Source: an uncultured Verrucomicrobiae bacterium
GTDB lineage: Bacteria; Verrucomicrobiota; Verrucomicrobiia; Chthoniobacterales; UBA10450
Assembly: GCA_963834385.1 (NCBI GenBank)
Contig: CAWIBO010000002.1
Location: forward strand, 608,001-672,000
Length of the DNA: 64,000 nt
Direction of reading: 5' to 3'
Part shown: positions 18,594 through 29,100 of the stretch, in pieces
Numbering within the stretch: the stretch's first letter is position 1
Layout: every line of letters begins with the position of its first letter
Made by a program: the position numbers and the translations under genes
The notes under the pieces: model-generated
What the model was told of the DNA's origin: nothing
Databases searched by the model: none
The model's input: only the letters and a program-made list of their open reading frames with translations

Positions 18594-18648
18594 AGAAAAG
18601 CCGGGCGCCATTTTGCGACCGACGCATCCGGCTTAGATTGCGCGCCTG

Positions 18649-20403
18649 ATGAGACGACTTCTTTTCCTTGCCGCCCTCACGGCCATCGTCATCGCCGCGG
18701 TGTGGTTTTCCCTCCAGGGATCGCAGGCCCACTCGACCAAGGCCATCACCACCCTGCTCCCGCGCGACACCATTGCCCTGGTTTACCTGCCCGATTTCAA
18801 GGAGGCGCGTGACGGCTGGCGGCAGACCGATCTTTACCGGCTCTGGCGTGAACCGGCCATGCAACAGTTCCTGGCCCGGCCGCTCGAGCGCTCGACGCGA
18901 CCAGGGGAGCTCCGGGCCGCCCTGGGACGGCTCGACCAGCTCGGGCTCCAGGCCGTTTTCGCCGCGCTCATCGCCTGGGACAAGGAGGAGCCGCGGTTTG
19001 CCGCCGGTTTTCGTTTCACCGGCGATCGCGCGGAGGTGGAGCAGTTCGTCGCCTCGTTCCGAGACCCGCTCCGCCGCCGGCTCGGCGCCCCGCCGGTCGA
19101 GACGATCGATTACGAGAAGCACAAGATCGAGGTGACGCGCGGAGAGGGAGCCGATCTGCTCGCGACCGTTTACGCTGGCGACTGGTTTTTCCTTTCCAAC
19201 GATCTCCCGCAAATCCAGCGCATGCTCGATCGCGTGGACGGCCGCACGGTGGACCAGAGCACCACCCTGGCGGTGGACAACGATTTCCAGGCGGCTCTCC
19301 GCCACATGCCGCGGCGTTACGCCTGGCTGGCTTATGCGCGCGCCGATCACCTGCTCGCGCGCTTCGCCCCGAAGACGGGTCCGACCGATCTGCGCGCCGT
19401 CGCCGCCGCCCTCGAGTTCGAGGATCGGCGCATGCGCGAGACCCTGTTCGTCGGAAGGCCAAAGGCGCAGGCCGGCCGCAAGCTGCAGCGGGTGGCCCTG
19501 CCGATGGCATCGGCGGACACGTTCCTGCTGGCGACCAGTCTTTTGAACCTCGAAGACAAGGGCGCCGCCTCCGGGCTGCGCACGCTTCCCATACCTTCCC
19601 GGTTCCTCAGCGGGGTGCTCGAGGCGTTCTCTTCACTCGGCCTGAGCGCGGCGGAATGGAAGGAAGCGTTCTCGGCCGAGGCCAGCCTGCTCGGCGAATG
19701 GCAGACCGGCCTGCCCTGGCCCGGTTTCGTCGTGACCGTGCCGGTAAAAAACCGGGAGCGGGCGGAAGCGATCCTCTCCCGGATCACCTCGCGCAACCCG
19801 GAACTGCCCTGGCGCAAGGAGGAGAAAGAGAAGACCACCTTTTATTCCCGCAACCTCTCCGCGGGGCCGATTGCCCTCGCCCCCACCATCGCTCTTTCCG
19901 ACCGCATGCTGGTCATGGCCCAGGACCGGCGCACGGTGGAAAACATGCTCGCCCCGTCCGGTGAGCGGCTGACCTCGACCGCCCTTTTCCGCGCGGCCGA
20001 GCGCACTGTCTCAAAACCTGACACCAGCTTCGTTTTCATCGATCCCGCGCTCTTTTACCGGCGTCTCGATGCGACCATCCGGCCCTTCCTTCTCATGAGC
20101 GCGGCTTTCGTTCCGGCCTTGAGCGAATCGGTCGATCTTTCCAAGCTGCCGGAGGCGGAAATGGTGGCTCAATACCTCACGCCGATCACCCTTTCCCAGC
20201 GCTACGAGAAGGACGGCTACGTCACCGCCTCCGTCGGCCCAATTACACTGTTCCAAGGGGCGGCGGTTGCGATTATCGCCGCGGGCGGCGCCGCGGCCAT
20301 CATGGAGCAACTCACACCGCGCCAACCCTTTCCATCAGGTCAGTCACCCGCCCAGGCTTCTCCTGCTCCCTTGCCACCGACGCCCACTCCGACGCCTCCG
20401 TAA
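18649..20403 (+). CDS. Membrane-anchored hypothetical protein (DUF3352-like)
   Basis: N-terminal TM, LLPRDT motif, C-terminal hydrophobic helix and Pro-rich tail. Confidence 0.55.
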   Translation: MRRLLFLAALTAIVIAAVWFSLQGSQAHSTKAITTLLPRDTIALVYLPDFKEARDGWRQTDLYRLWREPAMQQFLARPLERSTRPGELRAALGRLDQLGLQAVFAALIAWDKEEPRFAAGFRFTGDRAEVEQFVASFRDPLRRRLGAPPVETIDYEKHKIEVTRGEGADLLATVYAGDWFFLSNDLPQIQRMLDRVDGRTVDQSTTLAVDNDFQAALRHMPRRYAWLAYARADHLLARFAPKTGPTDLRAVAAALEFEDRRMRETLFVGRPKAQAGRKLQRVALPMASADTFLLATSLLNLEDKGAASGLRTLPIPSRFLSGVLEAFSSLGLSAAEWKEAFSAEASLLGEWQTGLPWPGFVVTVPVKNRERAEAILSRITSRNPELPWRKEEKEKTTFYSRNLSAGPIALAPTIALSDRMLVMAQDRRTVENMLAPSGERLTSTALFRAAERTVSKPDTSFVFIDPALFYRRLDATIRPFLLMSAAFVPALSESVDLSKLPEAEMVAQYLTPITLSQRYEKDGYVTASVGPITLFQGAAVAIIAAGGAAAIMEQLTPRQPFPSGQSPAQASPAPLPPTPTPTPP

Positions 20404-20488
20404 AGCGACAGAGTGTCCCGCTTTGAGGGCCGGTGTGGCCAAAAAATATGCATGCCAAACAGCCCGAACATGGTATCGTTCCCGCCCT

Positions 20489-20818
20489 ATGGCTATTCTC
20501 AAGAAAAACGCATTCTCGCGTCGCGTCCCCGACCTCGTGACCGAGGAACTGGTGGCGGTTCTTTCCCGGCGTTCGTCGTTCGAGTTTAAGCAACTCTTCG
20601 ACATTGTGCATGAGAATCTCCGGGCCCGGAACGCGGCCAGCGGCGGTGAAGAAATGCTTCGTCTGCGCGCCTACGAAAAGCTGCAAAACCTCGTCGCCCG
20701 GGGTGCGGTGAAAAAGAATGGCAAGAAGTACAAGGGTCTTCCCTCCGCGCTGGCGCAGGCGATCGCACCCCAGAACGGGCATATCCCGGCGCCGCGCGTC
20801 GCGGTCGCGGCCAAGTAA
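20489..20818 (+). CDS. Small basic hypothetical protein, possibly winged helix
   Basis: MAILKKNAFSRR..LRLRAYEKLQNLVARGAVKKNGKKY; coding-like codon usage. Confidence 0.65.
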   Translation: MAILKKNAFSRRVPDLVTEELVAVLSRRSSFEFKQLFDIVHENLRARNAASGGEEMLRLRAYEKLQNLVARGAVKKNGKKYKGLPSALAQAIAPQNGHIPAPRVAVAAK

Positions 20819-20847
20819 CGCTCTTTCCCGCTTTCGCGCATCCGCAG

Positions 20848-21219
20848 ATGATCAAGGAATATCTCCCGATCCTGCTGCAGATGGTGGTGGCGCTCGGCTT
20901 CGCCGTCTCGGCTTTGCTGATCAGCGTTGTGCTCGGCAAAGCCGGACGGCGCACGCCCACAAAGGACAGCGCCTACGAATGCGGCATGGTGCCGGAAGGC
21001 GAGGCGCAGCCCCGGTTCAGCGTGAAGTTTTACCTCGTGGCAATGCTCTTTATCCTTTTCGACCTTGAGATTGTCTTCATGTACCCGTGGGCCGTGGTCT
21101 ACCGGGAAGCCATCGTGGAAGGGACCACCATCTTCTGGAGCATGCTCAGTTTCGTGAGCATTCTCATGGTCGGGTATGTCTATGCGTTGAAGAAGGGCGC
21201 GCTGGACTGGAAAAGATAG
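20848..21219 (+). CDS. nuoA: NADH-quinone oxidoreductase subunit A
   Basis: YECG, FSVKFYLVAMLFILFDLE, KKGALDW. Confidence 0.95.
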   Translation: MIKEYLPILLQMVVALGFAVSALLISVVLGKAGRRTPTKDSAYECGMVPEGEAQPRFSVKFYLVAMLFILFDLEIVFMYPWAVVYREAIVEGTTIFWSMLSFVSILMVGYVYALKKGALDWKR

Positions 21220-21314
21220 CCCTCCGCCCCTTTCCCCCGGAGTCGATGTGAGCCAGATTCCGCCTCCTTTCCCGCTTGCGCCAAGACTTGCCCCTGCCTA
21301 ATCCTTAATCCCCC

Positions 21315-21632
21315 ATGGTTCATCACATCGTGCTTTATAAGTTGAAGCCGGAGGTCACTCCCGCGCGCGTCGAAGAGATGATGATGAATACGCGGATGCA
21401 TCTGCTCAAGATTCCCGAGGTCCTCAGCATCAAGTGCGGCAAACGAATCAACCCGGAACTGCCCTGGCCCTTTTTCATCGCGATCGATTTTGAGTCGATG
21501 GACAAATACGAGATCTACCGGGAAGACCCCATCCAGGTGAAATTCATGGAGGAAGTGATCAAGCCGAACACGACGGAAGCGCTGACCCTCGATTTCGAGA
21601 TGGATCCGGGCAAGGACGTCCGGTTCAGCTGA
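21315..21632 (+). CDS. Dabb (stress-responsive alpha/beta barrel) protein
   Basis: MVHHIVLYKLK..KIPEV..FES...LDFE pattern. Confidence 0.8.
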   Translation: MVHHIVLYKLKPEVTPARVEEMMMNTRMHLLKIPEVLSIKCGKRINPELPWPFFIAIDFESMDKYEIYREDPIQVKFMEEVIKPNTTEALTLDFEMDPGKDVRFS

Positions 21633-21657
21633 CCGCGCCGATCTTCCCGCCTTCAGC

Positions 21658-22938
21658 TTGAAGAGGGCAGCACCAGGCGGATCGAGCGGGCCCCCGGGCG
21701 TTCCCCGCCTCGGTTATCTCTACTCCCGCTACCCGGTCCTTTCCCAGACCTTCTGCGACGCCGAGATGCTGGAGCTGGAGCGCCGCGGCGCCGCCCTGGT
21801 GGTCGCCTCGCTTTATCCCCCCAAGACGCCGCTGCGCCACGGCTATCTCTCCCGGCTGCGCGCCCCGGTCCATTACGCCCCCGGGAAAGAGGTGCTCGAG
21901 GCCATGGCGCGGAAGGCCCGGAAGGAGGGACGCTGGCCGGCGGAGCTGGTGGCCCGGCATGAACGGCAATACGGGCCGGACTACAAGGCGGCTTTGCGCG
22001 CCCGAAACGCCCTCTTTTTCGACGATCTTTTCCGGCGCGAAAACGTGGCGCATTTTCACGTCCATTTTACCAACCGCGCCGCGCATACCGCCCTTTTTGT
22101 CCAGGCCCTCTCCGGTCTTTCTTTCAGCGTCACCGCGCACGGCCAGGACTTCATGCGCGACCTTGGGAACGATGAGCTGCTTCGGGAAATTTGCGCGGCC
22201 GCCGAATTCGTCGCGGCCGAGACGGAATTCAGCCGCGCGCTCCTGGCGCGGCGCTGCCCGGAGTCGGCGCAGAAGATCGTGCACATCCCCAATGGCCTTG
22301 ACCGCGCCAAGCTGCCGCGTCCGGTCGCGCGGGAGGAGAGGGAAGAATCAGCCCTCCGGCTCGTGAGTGTCGGGCGCCTGGTGGAGTTCAAGGGGTTCGA
22401 CGTCCTGATCCGGGCCTGCGCGGAGCTGAAGCGGAGCGGTCTCGCTTTTTCCTGCGAGATTGTGGGGGACGGGCCGCTCCGGGAAGAATTGCAGGCGCTG
22501 GTGGCGGCGCATGACCTTGCCGGCCACGTGCGCCTGACCGGGGAGCGAACGCAGGAGTATGTGCTCGAGACACTGGGCGCGTGCGACATTTTCGTCCTTG
22601 CCGCCACGGTGGACAGCCACGGCGCGAGTGACGTGTTCCCGACGGTCATCGCCGAGGCCATGGCGCTCGGCCGGCCGGTTGTCTCGACCACGGTGGCGGG
22701 TATCCCGGAGCTGGTCGTTTCCGAAGAAACGGGCCTGCTGGTGGAACCGGGCCAGGTCGCGGCCTTGAGCGCGGCCCTGGCGCGCCTGGCCCACGATCCC
22801 GCGGAGCGGGCCAGGCTGGGCGAGGCCGGCCGCATCCGGCTGGAGACAAATTTTCTCATCGAAACGACCATTGAACCGCTCTGGGAACGACTCGTCGCGG
22901 CCGGCAAAAATGCCCCGTCGCCGAGACCGGCCAGTTGA
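21658..22938 (+). CDS. GT4 glycosyltransferase (WcaL-like)
   Basis: YPVLSQTF, VTAHGQD, SVGRLVEFKG, EAMALGRPVV, GIPE. Confidence 0.88.
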   Translation: MKRAAPGGSSGPPGVPRLGYLYSRYPVLSQTFCDAEMLELERRGAALVVASLYPPKTPLRHGYLSRLRAPVHYAPGKEVLEAMARKARKEGRWPAELVARHERQYGPDYKAALRARNALFFDDLFRRENVAHFHVHFTNRAAHTALFVQALSGLSFSVTAHGQDFMRDLGNDELLREICAAAEFVAAETEFSRALLARRCPESAQKIVHIPNGLDRAKLPRPVAREEREESALRLVSVGRLVEFKGFDVLIRACAELKRSGLAFSCEIVGDGPLREELQALVAAHDLAGHVRLTGERTQEYVLETLGACDIFVLAATVDSHGASDVFPTVIAEAMALGRPVVSTTVAGIPELVVSEETGLLVEPGQVAALSAALARLAHDPAERARLGEAGRIRLETNFLIETTIEPLWERLVAAGKNAPSPRPAS

Positions 22939-22986
22939 CCGCCCGCCAAACTCTGGCAGGAATGTGACAGCGCCCGACCGGCTCCC

Positions 22987-23880
22987 ATGAACAAAAAAGC
23001 CATCCTTCTCGCCGGCGGCGCCGGCACCCGCCTTTTTCCGCTGACGACGATCGTCTGCAAGCAGCTCCTGCCGGTTTACGACAAACCGATGATCTGTTAT
23101 CCGCTGGCCACCCTGATGCTGGGCGGTCTGCGCGAAATCCTGATCATCTCCACGCCGAAGGATGTCCCGGTCATCCGCGATTATCTTGGCGATGGCTCCC
23201 GGCTCGGCCTCCGCCTGGAATATGCCGAGCAGGCGAAGCCGGAGGGGATCGCGCAGGCTTTCCTGATCGGGGCCGATTTCCTGGACGGCGCCGGGGCTTC
23301 CCTCATTCTGGGCGACAACATTTTCTACGGAAAACTCGATTTCTACCGGGAAGCGCTCGCGCTCGAGCGGGGAGCGTGCGTTTTCGGTTACCAGGTGCGC
23401 GATCCGGAGCGCTATGGCGTGGTGGAGTTCGATCGCGCGGGCAAAGTCATCAGCCTGGAGGAAAAACCGGCCCGGCCGAAGAGCCATTATGCGGTGCCCG
23501 GCCTCTATGTTTATGACGACCGGGTGGTCGATTATTGCCGCGCGCTCAAGCCTTCCGCGCGGGGCGAGCTGGAGATCACGGATCTGAACCTGACCTATCT
23601 GCGGCAGAACGAGTTGAGCGTGAAGCTGCTCAGCCGCGGGATGGCCTGGCTCGACACCGGCACCCAGGCCAGCCTGCTGGAAGCCAGCAATTACATCGCC
23701 ACCATCGAGCACCGGCAGGGCCTCAAGATCGCCTGTCTTGAAGAGGTGGCCTTCCGCATGGATTTCATTTCCGAAAGCGAGCTGGCCCGCCTGGTCGACC
23801 GGCTGCCCAAGGGCGAATACCGCGATTATCTCCAGCTCGTCTGCGAGGAAGGGCCCACCGGGCCGCCGCCGGTCGGCTAG
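22987..23880 (+). CDS. rfbA: Glucose-1-phosphate thymidylyltransferase
   Basis: ILLAGGAGTRL, KQLLPVYDKPMI, LGDN, EEKP, RGELEITD, WLDTGT. Confidence 0.95.
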   Translation: MNKKAILLAGGAGTRLFPLTTIVCKQLLPVYDKPMICYPLATLMLGGLREILIISTPKDVPVIRDYLGDGSRLGLRLEYAEQAKPEGIAQAFLIGADFLDGAGASLILGDNIFYGKLDFYREALALERGACVFGYQVRDPERYGVVEFDRAGKVISLEEKPARPKSHYAVPGLYVYDDRVVDYCRALKPSARGELEITDLNLTYLRQNELSVKLLSRGMAWLDTGTQASLLEASNYIATIEHRQGLKIACLEEVAFRMDFISESELARLVDRLPKGEYRDYLQLVCEEGPTGPPPVG

Positions 23881-24533
23881 TTCGCGGCCCCGGGCTGTTC
23901 CCGCAGGAGCTGCGAGGCATCGGCAAGGAGCTTGGTCACCGTGTCCGGGGCCAGGGCGTCATAATACCCGCGCACAGTCCCTTTCCGGTCCACCAGGACC
24001 AGGCGCGTGGTGTGGACCGGTCCCTCCGTGGTGCCGGGATCGAGCGCGAGTTTAAAGCCATGACGCGAGATGTTGTAGATGGCGGCCTCGGGCCCGGTCA
24101 GAAAAGTCCAGCGCGCCGGGTCGGCCTCCAGCCGCTGCGCGTAATCGCGCAACACCGCCGGCGTGTCGTTCGCCGGATCGACTGTGAAGGTGACGAGGTT
24201 GACGCCGGTTTCCCGCAAAGGCTTTTGCAGGTCGGCCATGCGACTGCTGATGAGGGGGCAGGGTCCGCGGCAATTGGTGAAAATGAAATCGGCGATCCAG
24301 ATTTTCCCTTCCAGATCGCTGCTGCCGAAAGGCTCGCCAAACTGATTGGTGAGGGCAAAGGAGGGCGCCTGCCCGAGCGCGGGCAGATCCCGGCTGGCCA
24401 GCTGCCGGACCTGCGCCTGACGCAGAGCGAACAGCCCGGCCGCGGTCAGGAGCGGAATCAGGAGAAGCGTCAGTTTCCAGGCCAGGGAACGCCTGTTCGT
24501 GCCGGTGGAAGGGATGGGCGTGGGCTCCGTCAT
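23877..24533 (-). CDS. SCO family copper chaperone
   Basis: FIFTNCRGPCP (CxxxC), VDPANDTP, conserved His. Confidence 0.92.
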   Translation of the reverse strand: MTEPTPIPSTGTNRRSLAWKLTLLLIPLLTAAGLFALRQAQVRQLASRDLPALGQAPSFALTNQFGEPFGSSDLEGKIWIADFIFTNCRGPCPLISSRMADLQKPLRETGVNLVTFTVDPANDTPAVLRDYAQRLEADPARWTFLTGPEAAIYNISRHGFKLALDPGTTEGPVHTTRLVLVDRKGTVRGYYDALAPDTVTKLLADASQLLREQPGAAN

Positions 24534-25445
24534 CGCTTGGTGATCACCAGGGCGATGAGAATGACCGGCAGATAGATGATCGAGGCAATGAACAGACGCC
24601 GTGCGGCCGTGATGCTGCGCTGCCGGGCGAAAGCGACCGCCATTCCGGTGAAGACGAGACCGGCGACGATGCCAACGAGCAGCATGCCTGCGCCGTTGAG
24701 CCCGGCTAACACCGGCAAAAGGCTCGCCGCGGTCACGAGCAGGGCAAAGAGCACGCTCTGCCGCCCGCTTCGGCGTCCGTCGCCATCACTGCCCGAGAGC
24801 ATGCGAAACCCGGCCCGCTCGTAATCCTCCCGATACATCCAGGCGATGGCGTAGAAATGCGGCATCTGCCAGCAGAACAGGATGCCGAAGAGAGTGGCGG
24901 CCGGCCAGCTCAGGCTTCCGCTGGCCGCGGCCCACCCGATCAGGGGCGGGATCGCACCCGGGATCGCTCCCACCAGCGTGTTCAGGGTGCTCACCCGCTT
25001 CAGCGGCGTGTAGGCCAGGATATAGATGACGATGGTGGCGAGCGCGAGCAGGGCGCTCAGCCAGTTGCAGGCGAGCCCGAGATAAATCACCCCGCTCAGC
25101 CCAAGGAAATTTCCCACCAGGAGCGCGTCCCGCGGACTCATCCTGCCGGCCGGGATGGGGCGAAGCCTCGTCCGCAGCATGAGCGCGTCGTGCCGTCGTT
25201 CCCACCATTGGTTCAGGGCGGCGGCGCCGGCCGCGGCCAGGGCTGTGCCGAAGACGGCATGGAAAAGTGCGGCGTAACCAAACGGTCCCGTCGGCGCCAA
25301 GATAAAACCCGACGGTGGTGGTCAGCAGAACCAGCAGGGTCAGCCGGGCTTTGATCAGCTCCGCGAAATCGGCCACGGGGCGGGCCGTGGCCGTTTCCCG
25401 CAAAGCGCCCTCTTCCAGCGGCGAGACATTCAGGAGTGCCTTCAC
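24530..25445 (-). CDS. ctaB: Heme O synthase (one apparent +1 insertion near 25290)
   Basis: ELIKARL N-terminus in one frame; NQWWERRHDALMLRTRLRP, YTPLKR, WQMPHF and EDY in the next. Confidence 0.9.
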
Positions 25446-26484
25446 GCCGAGGCCTCTTCCATGTGGGGGAGAGATTCCGCGACCGCAGGGACATCGTTCT
25501 CCCGCCGCCACGCCAGCGCGGTCAGGGCCACCCCGCAGCCGAGGAGAAGCGCGCCGACGGCGACGTGCGCCGTGGCCACATCAGCCGCCTTGTTGCTCCA
25601 GATGGTCCAGGCGCCAAGGACGATCTGGATTCCAACGAGAACAACCCAGGCCAGGGCGAGGCGACGCAGAGGTCTGGCCGTGCCGGGCAAACCGCGGGTC
25701 AGAAGAAAGACGCGCACGACGCCAAGTGCGATGAGGAGCGCCATGGCCCGATGAGCCATCTGGAGCCAGATCTGCGCCGGTGTCACCGTGGTGAATGCGC
25801 GGGCCTCGCGCCACTGGTTGATCGCGGCCAGCCGCTCCGCGCCCGGTCTCGGGAATCCATTGGCCATAAGCGGTGGGAAAATCGAGGATGGCCAGGTCTT
25901 TGTGCTGATGCCGCATAGTCGCGCCCAGCCCGAGCGTGCCGTAGATCAGGGCCGTGGTCAGCGCCGCGGTCAGGGCAAGGGCACGGAGGCGCGGCTGAAA
26001 CCGGGACAGAGCTCCGTCGCGCCGCCAGGCGCGGGAAAGGGCGAGGGCGATAAAGACAAGCAGACCAAGAAACGCCTGGGCGAGAAGCGCGTGGAAGATT
26101 CCGATCTCATCTTTCAGCATCGTCACCCGCAACCCGCCGAGGACTCCCTGGAAGATGACCGCCCCGACCGCGACCAGACCCAGGTTGCGAAGCCAGCGCC
26201 GCGGCTCGGCCAGCCAGAGCCAGAGGGCCAGGATCAGGGTCGAGAAATCCGACCCCGGAGGCAATGAGGCGGTGCGAATGCTCATAAAAAACGCCGCCGA
26301 CCCAGCCGGAGACGGGAAAGAGAAACATGTTGTAACCGAAGGTGGTGGGCCAGTCGGGCACGGCGAGACCGACGCCCTTGCTCGTGACAAGACCGCCGCT
26401 GGCGATGAGCACCAGCGTGCAAACGGCGGTGAACCAGGCAAAGCGGCGCAGCCAGGGAGTCGGGGTGGCGTTATGTGCTCGCAT
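25442..26484 (-). CDS. ctaA: Heme A synthase COX15/CtaA (apparent frameshifts near 26243 and 25842)
   Basis: GGLVTS..GLAVPDWP, EHSHR, GGLRV, FHA, AHR and AHV spread over three frames. Confidence 0.88.
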
Positions 26485-26518
26485 CCCTTGAGGCGGCCGG
26501 TCAAGGCCGCGCCCTCAT

Positions 26519-27409
26519 CTATCCGCCGGCGGGGGGTTGGGCCGCGGGCGAGCTGACCGGAGAAGTGACGCCGGGCGGCGGGACGCTGCCCTGGTCGGGA
26601 GCCGGGGAGGGTTCGCCGGGGGGGCGGTCAAGCGGCGCCGGGGCCACGGTATTGCCGGCCAGTTCGGCCTGCTCCTTCAGCCAGGCCTGAAAATTCTCCT
26701 CCGTATCGACAACGACGAGGCCCTTCATGGAATAATGGCCGAGACCGCAGAGCTGGCCGCAAACCACTTCATAGGAGCCCGTCTTGATCGGGGTAAACCA
26801 CATCGGAATGATCTGTCCGGGAACGGCGTCCTGCGCGATGCGCATGTGCGGCAGGGCGAAATTATGGATCACGTCCTTGGAGGAGAGCTCGATGATCACG
26901 GGGCGATTCACGGGAATATGAAGCTCGCCCACGACCACGAGGTCATCCTTCGAGGCCGGATCGCGTGAATCCAGGCCGATGGAATTGGCGGTGGAAACGA
27001 GATTGATGTCGCGCCGGCCAAAGATGCCGTCCGGACCCGGCAGATGATAATTCCAGATGAACTGCTGGCCGATGGCGTGAACCACGAGCGCGTCGGCGGT
27101 GTCGGGAAATTCGTTCACCCGCTTGGCCCAGAGCGGGATGGCAAAGCCGATGAGAAGGACGGCCTCGATCAGGACGACCGCGAACTCGAGGTGGGTGGAG
27201 ATGCCGCTCTTGACCCCGGCATAATTGGCCACGGGATTCCGGCGCCGGCGAAAGCGGATCAGGACGTAGACGAAGAAGGCGGACCAGCCGACGAAGAGCG
27301 CGGCCATGAACCAATGGCTGAACTCGATGAAATGATCGATCTGATAACCGTGGTCCGAGGCGTTCGGGGGCAGACCGAGAAACTCGTTAATCAGGGCCAG
27401 ACTATTCAT
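26519..27409 (-). CDS. ctaC: Cytochrome c oxidase subunit II
   Basis: Two TMs; QQFIW; SKDVIH; CGQLCGLGHYSM CuA site. Confidence 0.93.
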   Translation of the reverse strand: MNSLALINEFLGLPPNASDHGYQIDHFIEFSHWFMAALFVGWSAFFVYVLIRFRRRRNPVANYAGVKSGISTHLEFAVVLIEAVLLIGFAIPLWAKRVNEFPDTADALVVHAIGQQFIWNYHLPGPDGIFGRRDINLVSTANSIGLDSRDPASKDDLVVVGELHIPVNRPVIIELSSKDVIHNFALPHMRIAQDAVPGQIIPMWFTPIKTGSYEVVCGQLCGLGHYSMKGLVVVDTEENFQAWLKEQAELAGNTVAPAPLDRPPGEPSPAPDQGSVPPPGVTSPVSSPAAQPPAGG

Positions 27410-27662
27410 ATTTTGCCAGATCCTCCTGCGTCAGTTCCTGGTGCGGCTCGAGCGGAGTGCGGCTGTGCCGCCAGAGATGAACGCCGAAGAGGCCCACGCC
27501 GCCGAGGACGGCCATGACCGCGCCGAGCAGGAACCAGATCGCCACGGCCATGTTCTGGGACGACGTCGATTCCGGCGCGCCGGAGCAGACCGCGCAGGCG
27601 AGCGCCTCCCCGGCAAAGACCGCGCCCAAGAGAAGAATGAGAGAAAGAGTGCGCCCGTTCAT
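27402..27662 (-). CDS. Small exported CxxC membrane protein
   Basis: MNGRTLSL signal, ALA|CAVC, then a TM helix; overlaps both neighbours. Confidence 0.65.
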   Translation of the reverse strand: MNGRTLSLILLLGAVFAGEALACAVCSGAPESTSSQNMAVAIWFLLGAVMAVLGGVGLFGVHLWRHSRTPLEPHQELTQEDLAKYE

Positions 27663-27868
27663 GTGATCAGGCGCAGCCGCTTCATTTTCCGGTAGAACCA
27701 GACGCCATAAACGACCAGGGCCACGGCGGCGAGGAACGACCCGATGGCGCCGGCGAGATAGACCGGGGCGCCCACGACCATGTTGACCCAGAGACACCAG
27801 GCCCCGCAACCGAGGGCGAGCAGGGTCGAGAAAACAATAAAGACGATATGGAAACCTTTAAGGGTCAT
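27659..27868 (-). CDS. Small two-TM protein in the oxidase operon
   Basis: MTLKGFHIVFI...YGVWFYRKMK; translationally coupled. Confidence 0.7.
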   Translation of the reverse strand: MTLKGFHIVFIVFSTLLALGCGAWCLWVNMVVGAPVYLAGAIGSFLAAVALVVYGVWFYRKMKRLRLIT

Positions 27869-28224
27869 CAGTGCACAATCGGGTCGTACCAGGCGAGATA
27901 AGTCAGCCAGAAAAGGGCGAGCACAAAGGCAACGGTGAAAAGCAGGATGCGGTAGACCATTTTTCGCTCCGCGGAAAGGTGCATGAAGATGGCGGCGACC
28001 AGGCCGGCCTTGAAGGTGGCCACGAGCATGCCGACGGCGACGTTCGCCTTCATCGACCCGAGATCAACGTAGGAGAGGGCCACGGTGATGATGGTGAAGA
28101 TGAGCAGGAGCGCGCCGACCATGAGGTACTTGCGGACGTGCTTGCTGACATCGTGATGATCGTCGTGTGCCTCCGCTGCGGCGGCGCCTGGAACGGGAGC
28201 GTGAGTGTGTTCGTCCATGATCAA
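27868..28224 (-). CDS. ctaF: Cytochrome c oxidase subunit IV (prokaryotic)
   Basis: KAGLVAAIFMHL motif; three TMs. Confidence 0.85.
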   Translation of the reverse strand: MIMDEHTHAPVPGAAAAEAHDDHHDVSKHVRKYLMVGALLLIFTIITVALSYVDLGSMKANVAVGMLVATFKAGLVAAIFMHLSAERKMVYRILLFTVAFVLALFWLTYLAWYDPIVH

Positions 28225-29098
28225 AGGAGGTAGAAGAGCGGGAAGACAAAGATCCAGACCAGGTCGACGAAGTGCCAGAAGAGTCCCGAGACCTCGACCC
28301 GGTTGGCCAGGTGCTCCGGGTTCTGCCGGTAGAGCTTCGTCCCGACCGGGAGCCAGAAGTAGAGGAAAACGATGACCCCGCCGAGGACGTGGAGGCCGTG
28401 CAGACCGGTGATGGTGAAGTAGGTCGCGAAATAGGTGCTGTGCGCGGGCACGAACATGCCGAAGTGCTGCACATCCTCCCTGGCGACGTGCACGATCTTG
28501 TCCGTGTGCTTGCGCGGCAGGAAGTGAGGGCGATCAAGCTCGGGATTGGTCGGGTCGGCGAAGACCGGGTCGACCGCGATCTCGAACTCCTTCACCTGCG
28601 GATCGTGCAGGGCCGCCTCGTTATGCAGATGACCGGTGATTTCGACCCGGGGCGGCAGGCCCTTTCTCCCGGAGCTGATTGTTCCCGAGGTATTGTTCGT
28701 ACTTCGGCGAGCGCCTCGGTTTTGATGAAGGCGCCGAAGTGATGGAACTTCTCGGGCCATTCCACCACCAGCTTCACCACCAGGAAGATGATGCCGCAGA
28801 GGATCGTGACCCCCATGTAGATCTTGTACTTGGTGAACTGCCGCATCTTCAGCGCCGCCCAGGCCAGCACGACCGTGACGGAGGAAAGAATCAGGATGGC
28901 GGTGTTCATTGTCCCGACCGGGACGTTGAGCAGGCCGTGGGGCCAGTGACCCGGGGGCGAGTCGAGCCGAAGGAAGATATAGGAGGAGAAGAGCCCGCCG
29001 AAGAGCATCACTTCCGAGGCAAGGAAAAGCCAGATGCCGATCTTGGCGTTCCACAGGCCGGTGTCGGGCCGGGCGGTGACCGTGTAGGGAATTTCCAT
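28221..29098 (-). CDS. ctaE: Cytochrome c oxidase subunit III (apparent +1 insertions near 28706 and 28662)
   Basis: WLFLASEVMLFGG, NTAILILSS, TGLHGLHV, WHFVDLVW. Confidence 0.9.
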
Positions 29099-29100
29099 CG

